DNA of 64,000 bases, taken from contig NIVC01002655.1 in NCBI GenBank assembly GCA_002269645.1, forward strand, positions 88,341-152,340. Reading direction: 5' to 3'. Positions within the stretch are counted from its first letter, which is position 1. Every line of letters starts with the position of its first letter. A program made the position numbers and the translations under genes. The stretch comes from Macrostomum lignano (Eukaryota). The notes beneath the pieces were generated by a model. It ran no database searches. It was given only the letters and a program-made list of their open reading frames with translations, and was not told the origin of the DNA. This document shows positions 51,440-64,000 of this stretch, piece by piece.

Positions 51440-52430
51440 ATTTACAAAGGCCTGAGAGCGATGGATGACCTTGAAAAACAGATGGGAAAGGCCTGAAAGT
51501 GGTGAATGACCTTGAGTAACAGATGGAGAAGGCCTGAGAGCGGTGGATGACCTCGAGTAACAGATGGAGAAGGCCTGAGAGCGGTGGATGACCTTGAGTA
51601 ACAGATGGGGAAGGCGTGAGAGCGGTGGATGACCTCGAGTAACAGATAGGGAAGGCCTGAGAGCGGTGGTCGGTGGATGACCTTGAGTAGCAGATGGAGG
51701 CCTGAGAGCGGTGGATGACCTCGAGTAACAGATGGGGAAGGCGTGAGAGCGGTGGATGACCTCGAGTAACAGATGGAGAAGGCCTGAGAGCGGTGGATGA
51801 CCTCGAGTAACAGATAGGGAAGGCCTGAGAGCGGTGGATGACCTCGAGTAACAGATAGGGAAGGCCTGAGAGCGGTGGTCGGTGGATGACCTTGAGTAGC
51901 AGATGAAGGCCTGAGAGCGGTGGATGACCTTCAGTAACAGATGGGGAAGGCCTGAGAGCGGTGGATGACCTTGAGTAACAGATGGGAAAGGCCTGAGAGC
52001 GGTAAATGACCTCGAGTAACAGATGGGGAGGCGTGAGAGCGGTAGATAACCTTGAGTAACAGATGGGGAAGGCCTGAGAGCGGTGGATGACCTTGAGTAA
52101 CAGATGGGGAGGCGTGAGAGCGGTAGATAACCTTGAGTAACAGATGGGGAAGGCCTGAGAGCGGTAAATGACCTCGAGTAACAGATGGGGAGGCGTGAGA
52201 GCGGTAGATAACCTTGAGTAACAGATAGGGAAGGCCTGAGAGCGGTAGATAACCTTGAGTAACAGATGGGGAAGGCCTGAGAGCGGTGGATGACCTTGAG
52301 TAACAGATGGGGAAGGCCTGAGAGCGGTGGATGACCTTGAGTAACAGATGGGGAAGGCCTGAGAGCGGTGGATGACCTTGAGTAACAGATGGGGAAAGCC
52401 TGAGAGCGCTGGATGACCTTGAGTAACATG
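51440..52430. repeat. About 41-bp minisatellite between ZCWPW1-like and IDH3G-like
   Basis: Unit GAGAGCGGTGGATGACCTTGAGTAACAGATGGGGAAGGCCT, roughly 24 copies. It creates the false N-terminal extension of ORF 50870-52429. Confidence 0.93.
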
Positions 52431-53041
52431 CAGGTCTGCCAGTAGTAGCAGACGCCCTAAAGACGCAATTACTAAAGGTGCAATGATGTTACCTAATCAA
52501 CTGAAAGATAAGTAAAAAAGGCAGAAAATGCGACTTGGAGAAAAAAGAACTACTTAATACTCATAGTTTAGGCAGCCAATAAGAGGCATTTTTAATTTCG
52601 TATTTTATTTAAAAAAACATGCCGGCGATTTGATTTGACAAAAGGTGTCTGAATTTGATAAATTTATAACTGAGTGAATTTGTAACTATTATTTAATAAA
52701 AAAACTGTAGAAAAACATGGCAACAGAAGGAACTCAAACAACAATTTGAACTCAGAAGCTTGTAAATACCATAAATGCTAAGGCTAAATACTTGGCTTGG
52801 ATGAATAATATTTAGTAGATAGATATAAAACTCGCATAAAAACGATGGCGATAGTTTTATTATTAAAGACGAGGCTGGCAAATGCTGGAATAAATGATAA
52901 ATATGAAAAATATGCCTCCGTTTACTGCAACACTGCGCAACTTGGCGAATAGAAATACAGCCTTTTTAACTGAAAACACGCAGAAACTAAAACAGAAACA
53001 AGTTGGTCTTTGAACTAAAAACAACAGATTAAGAATCAATC

Positions 53042-55116
53042 CTAAGCCTCGGCTTCTTCAGCGCTTTCCTCGTCGTCGTCCGCAGCATCGTGAGTCTCGC
53101 CGGCATCGCCCTCGCCCTCGCCGCAGCTGCGCATTTCGCACAGCTGGCTGACCCGGCGACGAAAGCGGTCACGAGCAGCCATCAAGTCGACATCTTCGAC
53201 GGCATCAACTTGTTCGACTCCAGCGTCGAGATCCGTGACATCGTCGACTGCAGTGGCATCCGTGTAGACGTCATCCAACTCGCCAGAAGCAGCAGCAGTC
53301 TTGGCTGTTGGCTTGCTTTGCTTGGCCTTCTTCTTTGGCGGCTTTGATTTGGCTTAAAAAAGGATTTTGCAATTCTTGATTTGAGTTTTATCAGGACTGC
53401 GCCCGAGTACCGGTTATGAATCCTGACAGTCCCAGTTATGAATCCCGACAGTCCCAGTTATGAATCCCGACAGTCCCAGTTATGAATCCCGACAGTCCCA
53501 GTTATGAATCCCGACAGTCCCTGTTATGAATCCCGACAGTCCCTGTTATAAATCCCGACGGTCCCTGTTATGAATCCCGACAGTCCCTGTTATGAATCCC
53601 AACAGTCCCAGTTATGAATCCCGACAGTCCCAGTTATGAATCCCAACAGTCTCAGTTATGAATCCCGACAGTCCCTGTTATGAATCCCGACAGTCCCTGT
53701 TATAAATCCCGACGGTCCCTGTTATGAATCCCGACAGTCCCTGTTATGAATCCCAACAGTCCCAGTTATGAATCCCGACAGTCCCAGTTATGAATCCCAA
53801 CAGTCTCAGTTATGAATCCCGACAGTCCCAGTTATGAATCTCATGAACTCTCATTCAATCCAGAGATTCGATCTGTCTCAATCGCCGGAGACTCGAATAA
53901 TAAGTGCCTATGAACTTTACAACCCCTATTGCATATTCCTCGCATAATGTAATTTATGGTACATTACCATTATTATGGACCGTTTTGTCAGCCTTTGCCG
54001 CAGTCTTCAGCTTTTTCTTGTTGCACTTTTTCTCGCCAGAACGAGAGTCACGGACATCGGCTGGTTTCTTCTTGACGAGCTTGACCCGGCCGCCAGCAAA
54101 ATAGCCGTATCGTTCCAGCCTGGCCTGAAAGTCCAGCTTAGCAACAACATTGGCGGCTTCGTTAGCCAGACGGCGAAGCTCGAGCTCGGCGGCGCTGCCC
54201 GGCTTCGGCGCCGAGAGTCCGGCCAGATCTTCCGCGCCTTCGAATGGCCGAATCCGAGCGTCCGGTACCCAGGCCCGGCTGGCCGACCGGCCCAAGAAGG
54301 TCACGTGATAAGCGGCCACATCGTTAGATTCGGCTTCGAGTTCGAAGAATGTGCCATAGTCGTTGTCCACTTCAACAATGGCTGGCCAATAGGGGTAGCC
54401 TTGCACCCTGGCCCAGACCAGACTGCCGGCAACGTACTTGTTGGACAGGGCGAAGTTCGTGCCTTGGGCGTAGAAATACTCGGCCAGCTCGGGCAGGCCG
54501 CAGTCGTTCTGGCGCGGATCGGCCGAATCCGAGCAGCGCCAGTTGTCCGGCACGCGACAGGGCTCGGCGCAGTCTGGCTCGTGTCGCCACTTCTTGCAGT
54601 CGCTGCACTCGATCCACGTGCCACTGGCGAATTGGAAATTCACTGGCGGCTGCGGCAGCGACGACTCAGCAGCCGAGGAGGCATCGAGTGATGAAGCCTT
54701 GCGCTTGCGGCTAACGCTTTGCTTTGGCTCCTCCTTGGCGGAACCGGCCTTCTTCATCACCTTGTTGGCATTCTTTCCCTTTAGCAAGCCTGAGGCCAGC
54801 TTGCCAGCGCTGCTAGCAGGCTTGGATTTCAAATAATTGTCGCACAACTGCTCTGTAGTGCTGCTGGTCACGGCTTTAATAGCCGAATCGAATATTGAAT
54901 CGAATTGTTGGCTTGAGGTGATGGCGGCGCCAATTGCACTTTCTTTCATTCTAACAGTAGCAGCAGCAGCAGCAGCAGGCTCCGGAGTTTGCTGCGCCTG
55001 AAACAGTCAAGATGTGTAGAGACAAGTTGACTCAACCCTTATTGAATTTTGAGCAATGCTGAGCACAAATCTGCTACTTTTTTAGTATACAGACTCTCGT
55101 AACAGCCATCTACTCG

Positions 55117-55160
<44 letters not shown>

Positions 55161-56215
55161 GATCTATCTATCTATCTATCTGTCTATCTCTCTATCTATC
55201 TGTCTATCTCTCTATCTATCTCCATATCTCCCTAACAATAAATATAGTCAGGGGCGTAGACAGGATTGTGAGGTTGGCGCCAAAGTTTTAACATATAAGG
55301 GCGGCCGTCCTAGTGTCCCTTTACTGATTACTAAGAGGAGCTGCTATTCCTGACAATTTAAATTACTGCAGCTAAAAAATAAAGAAGCTCGCTACCACTC
55401 GAAACGACTAACCGATGCAAACGAACTCTGCGACAAATTGCTGCTTTCGCTAGCTGCCTCAATTGAAGCCTCGCAGTCGACTTTGTCTTTTGCAGATTCA
55501 GCCGCTTCTTTGTCTGCAACTTTAATGTCACCGGATTCGCTAGAAACGACTGGCGCAGTGACCGGCTGCGTAGGATTGTTAACTTCGCAGTTTGACTCAG
55601 CAAAATCAGTGGCCTCTTTGAAGTTGGACTGGTTGGAATTAGCGGCCTCTTTAAAGTTGGACTTGTTGGAATCGGCGGCTTCTTTGAAGTTGGACTGGTT
55701 GGAATTAGCGGCCTCTTTGAAGTTGGACTGGTTGGAATTTGCGGCACTTTTAACTTTAGGCTTGGCTAAGTTGGCAGCTTTAGACAGAGGCACAGATGAT
55801 TTTAATTTCAAACCAGTCTTGCCAGGGCTGGCAGCAGCCACAGCTTTGGAAGAGGACTCAGTGGTAGTGCTTACAGAGCTCGCAGCATCATCAAAGGCTG
55901 GCAGCTTAGTGGCAATTGATTTTGATGCTGAAGGAGCCAGACCAACGCGCCTAGCTTGCAGACAGCGAAAGCCTGCAGAAAAAAAGAAAATATAAACACT
56001 AAAAAATTATTCACAATACCAGCTCTCATTTTTATAAGTCAGGACAATTGAAAGAAATCATTAAACTGAAACAAAATTGAGCAACAGAAAGAACTTTAAA
56101 CTTAAAACTGAAACTCAAGTTAGATTGAAAAAAACAAAACAATTTCAAGTCACCAATAATAAAATAATGTTGATGTCATAATGATTTAAAAATGCAGTCA
56201 CTTACGGTTTAACAT
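53042..56215 (-). CDS. ZCWPW1: zf-CW + PWWP chromatin reader, ZCWPW1-like; exons 56215-56206, 55972-55413, 54997-53968, 53352-53042 (636 aa)
   Basis: zf-[14 protein letters not shown]...PDNWRC...QNDCGLPE immediately followed by [22 protein letters not shown]...YHVTFLG..SRAWVP; Lys-rich and acidic C-terminus. The four exons join in frame (1911 nt). The 10-nt first exon is the least certain part. Confidence 0.8.
53413..53840. repeat. 22-bp intronic minisatellite
   Basis: Unit GTTATGAATCCCGACAGTCCC(A/T), about 19 copies. Confidence 0.93.
55117..55230. repeat. (TATC)n intronic microsatellite
   Basis: Direct reading. Confidence 0.9.
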
Positions 56216-57577
56216 TATAGAATTTTCTAAAAAAGCAGGTAAGAAGCTTAGTCAAAAATAATTATTAATACAATAATATAATATATAAACTTGTCTTTAA
56301 TTTATTATTTATATAAATACATAACTATTCTATTAACTTAAAATAAGTTAGATTAGGCACAATCCTTAAAAATTGTGCATTATTTTTTGTTTAAAAACAA
56401 CAATTTTAGAAATAAAAATTGATATTAAGAGTTAATATCTTACAAACAAAAACATACATAATATAGAGTTTATTATATAAAAGTAGAGCTTTATAATAGT
56501 AGACTAATAAAGTAATATAATATATTCTTGTATATAGCCATTAGATTTTTATGCAAGTAGATAGGCTTTTCCCTTGTGTGATTTTTGTAAGAACTTCTAC
56601 ATCAAATTATTAACCAAATATCTTAATATAATAGTATGTATAATGATACATATACCTACCAAATTGAATAGATATTTTTCTTTAAAGTGCATGTAGAGGA
56701 TAGAGCATATTTTAGGAATATATAAAAAATAGAATATCAATGCAACAACATAAAAAAACAAAATAAAATAGCCCAATCTTCTTCTTTGAAAATGATTATG
56801 CTAATTTTAAGAGTATGTAATTAGTTTTGGTGCTATAACTACTTTATTCTAGCTCATTAATTTATCTTGCTTAAAATTTCCCTTAAAAAACAGTAGGCCT
56901 AACTGATTACCTTATCATACACACTTCTTAATGCCTCAATAAATGTAGCATATCACTGTTAGTGTTATCATTTCAAATGAAGCGTAGTAACAGCATTTAG
57001 TTTAACTTTGTATTTGACTCTGATATTTAAGTGATAGAGATATTAGATAAGACTGGAAAAAGACCAATATTTTGTTACATGGACTAAATAAGAATATACT
57101 CTTAGTTAATTACCTTAAAATAGTCGAGATCAGTTGTAAAATTCTTAACAAGTACTAAACAGTAACTTCAGCGAACAATTAATTTTCAATGAAAAAAGAG
57201 AGTGTGATGCAAAATCGAGGAATCCTCAGAGTCCTTTAAGTTCAGAGTTATAGTATTGAGCTCGTCGCATGAGGGGTTGCTTTTTAAAAATCACTCCTAT
57301 ATTACAGGTTGATGTGCATTAAGATATATTTATTTATATTTGAGCATAACAAAACACTTTTTTGACGCTTAGTAAAATACTTTTAACGAAAAAGTACTTT
57401 CATGTGAAAAATGTGTCTTGATTTGTTAATCTAAACACCGTTAACTTTTGTACGGTGTTTAGATTTAGAAATTTACATTTAACGCTTGCTTTAGTTTTTT
57501 TACTGACGGTTGGAAAAATAGAATTATTAATTTTCTCAAACTTCTTCAGTACGAGTATGATTCTGGGTATGTGATTC

Positions 57578-58637
57578 CAAGGACTTCTAGACTAACAGGA
57601 CGTAAAACTCAAAGATCGTGCAATTTTTTGGAGGCCACGATTTCCTAGAAAAAATACACTGCGAAGATAGGAAAAAATCAGTTTTTCGTCACAAAATCTA
57701 TGACTGTATTTGATCTGGGGCAGTGAAGACTACCATTCTTTTAATTTAACATGCACAATATGTTACTCTATTATATTTTCATATAGCTGTGTAGTGAAGT
57801 TTTCATTTTCATATTGTTTTCACTTTATTTCATAAGCCCAAAGTTGCAAACTCACAAGTGGCATTAGCCAAACTTTTTGTGTTGTTCTTTTTAAAATAAA
57901 GTATAAAAACATTGCATGTAGGTACTCTTAGTCTTAAGCTATTATTGTAGGTTTAGTAACTATACTAATTCCTAGGCCTACTAGAACTAGACCTATCACT
58001 ACACTATCTAGCCTAATAAGTAATTAAATTTAGACAATGACTTAGAGATTAGTATATTTAGATTTTTTTATTATATATAGATTACCAATAAATAGTTTCA
58101 TATGGTTGGTTACCTAGGCTTGAGAAAGCTGTATTATCAGTTTTTAAGCCAAGCCTATAATGGCTATATTTAGGACTAAGATTTAAGAAGAATAGACTTA
58201 ATCACAAAAATAGACCCTAACCATTTTTACTAGGTATCTATAAGAAAAAACATTGATTAGTCCTTTTATAACTTTTATTTTAAAGGCTAAAAATATTATT
58301 ATATTACAAATTTGAATAGCTTTTCTTTTCTTGAATTTGATATTTGGCTAATGCCACTTGTGAGTTTGCAACTTTGGGCTTATGAAATAAAGTGAAAACA
58401 ACATGAAAATGAAAACTTCACTACACAGCTATATGAAAATATAATAGAGTAACATATTGTGCATGTTAAATTAAAAGAATGGTAGTCTTCACTGCCCCAG
58501 ATCAAATACAATCACAGATTTTGTGACGAAAAACTGATTTTTTCCTATCTTCGCAGTGTATTTTTTCCAGGAAATCGTGGCCTCCAAAAAATTGCACGAT
58601 CTTTGAGTTTTACGTCCTGTTAGTCTAGAAGTCCTTG
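57578..58637. mobile_element. MITE with about 295-bp near-perfect TIRs and an 8-bp TSD (hAT- or P-like)
   Basis: CAAGGACTTCTAGACTAACAGG... (57578-57871) inverted at about 58345-58637; AT-rich spacer; TSD TGTGATTC at 57570-57577 and 58638-58645. Confidence 0.9.
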
Positions 58638-59194
58638 TGTGATTCCGTATGATTCCTCTGTGACAAAGAATCCCCCAATACAAAAATCCGGACCCGTTTC
58701 AGCTGTTCAATTCATTGATTGCCTCTCGGCTCTCGCATTTTAAAGTCCTTAGATTGGTCATGGTATTACTTGTATGAAGCACATGAAGCAGCACCTGCAT
58801 GCATGCTGGGGGTACGGGTGTCCTGTATACATTTTCTGTGTCCTATATGTGTCCTGTATACATTGTTCAGTATACCTAATAAAAACCTAACCTAGAAATC
58901 TATCTGTGTGCTGTTTAAAAAATACGAGTATACTTCTTTTATATCGTTAACATGCAATTGCTACGCGCTTACGTGCTTGAAACATACACAACCATAAGAA
59001 GACGTATATAGGAGTATTAATATAGGTAGCAGTCAAAATTGATTGCAGTATGCAGTGGGAAACTGTTCAGATATTGATTTGGAGTTGTCAAAAATGAAGC
59101 GGGATTTTTGGGTACACACAAACCATTTGAGTGTAAGTTTTGGAGCAACTCTGTGTCAAAATAAAATCGGCCGGACTTTGCAGTCAACCTTGTA

Positions 59195-63223
<4,029 letters not shown>

Positions 63224-63845
63224 TTAGGGCTTTCGTTTTGGATTACTTTACTGTTTATTTATATAGCTGTCTGCTTTTAACTGGCTAATGTTTTTGTTCT
63301 CGCTAGTCAGATGGCTTTGAGTGCTATAGCACGCGATTTTCAGCCGATTTGGGGAAGTCGCGACCACTCGCGAACCCGCGGTGGCAGGAGCGGTGTCCGA
63401 ACAGATTTCAAAGTGGGGCCTATTGGTTGGAGGGCACATTGCACATGATTTTGTTTTAATCTAAGGGCACACAAACTGCTGCTGTTATGTCAGTTTGTGA
63501 CATTGCGACAACCGTGTAGGCAAATATTCAATTCTGTGTTGAAAGTGGCCAAAAGTCTGAAAATGTTCGAATTTTCAACTAATTCAAACATTGCGCAACT
63601 GCACTGTACCATCAATTTATTAGTAAATATCTCAAATGAATAAAAATTGCCAGGGCAAGACCAGTAATTTTCTGGATCTCTAGGCTGCCTCCATCAGTTC
63701 CTCTCTCTTTTATTATTTTAGCTGACGGCATTTTAATGCATTTGGTTAATTTGCAGCGCCAGCAGCGGTTTATGTCCTGGGATTGCGGCGGACTTGGAAT
63801 TTCGATCAGATCGAAATGCCAAAGTAAAAGGGCTGAATATTAAAA

Positions 63846-63960
63846 CAGGGCTTGGCAAACTCCGGCCTGAGGGCTAAATGTGGCCCGCAAAGCCTCTCTA
63901 TCTGGCCCTTGGCTTCTATGAATCTTCACAATAGCAATCCGGCCTGCTCGATGTTTGCAT
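63846..63960 (+). mobile_element. Left end of a hAT-Charlie (MER58-like) MITE
   Basis: CAGGGCTTGGCAAACTCCGGCCTGAGGGCTAAATGTGGCCCGC resembles MER58-type termini. No right end in the window. Confidence 0.5.
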
Positions 63961-64000
63961 CTCTTCTCATCTCTCTTCCCTCACCTCTCTTCTCAAATTT

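Noticed and set aside
50870-52429. 519-aa N-terminally extended IDH3 subunit
   Set aside because: The extension is the 41-bp minisatellite; the plausible start is ATG 51391 after a splice acceptor.
48860-55320. CAGGGGCG termini at about 48940 and 55249 as ends of one element capturing IDH3G
   Set aside because: They face outward (a right end, then a left end), so they are separate MITE fragments; no TSD.

Overview
Eukaryotic (metazoan) genomic DNA. GC-rich exons, introns filled with locus-specific mini/microsatellites and the gene set suggest a free-living flatworm such as Macrostomum lignano (inference, not verified). Most of the supplied ORF track is repeat-derived noise. Genes reconstructed by hand with GT-AG junctions and consistent phases: the 3' end of a coiled-coil gene (1-612 +); a 5-exon GPI-anchored mucin-like gene (2836-8591 +); an 11-exon secreted WAP + 8 CCP/sushi protein with LEV-9 architecture (15713-21551 +); three related PAN-like/C-type lectin loci (pseudogene near 10.3 kb -, intact QPD-type gene 32903-33667 -, EPN-type 3' fragment near 41.7 kb +); a low-complexity unknown gene (35890-38455 +); an intronless divergent 7TM receptor (44552-45847 -); and IDH3 gamma-like (49326-51391 -) directly downstream of ZCWPW1-like zf-CW/PWWP (53042-56215 -). 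Mobile DNA: a full-length BEL/Pao LTR element (22299-32843; apparently identical 286-bp LTRs, 5-bp TSD) whose gag is split by a 3.8-kb Sola2-like TIR element; a tRNA-derived CORE-type SINE; a Penelope RT relic; a TIR element containing a satellite (47304-48498); a long-TIR MITE with 8-bp TSD (57578-58637) plus a short relative; and a 5'-truncated RNase H-bearing LINE with 12-bp TSD (59195-63026). The most unusual recurring signal is that intronic tandem arrays appear to be amplified splice signals (a 5' donor, a branch point) or sit as inverted complements around frame-preserving exons.
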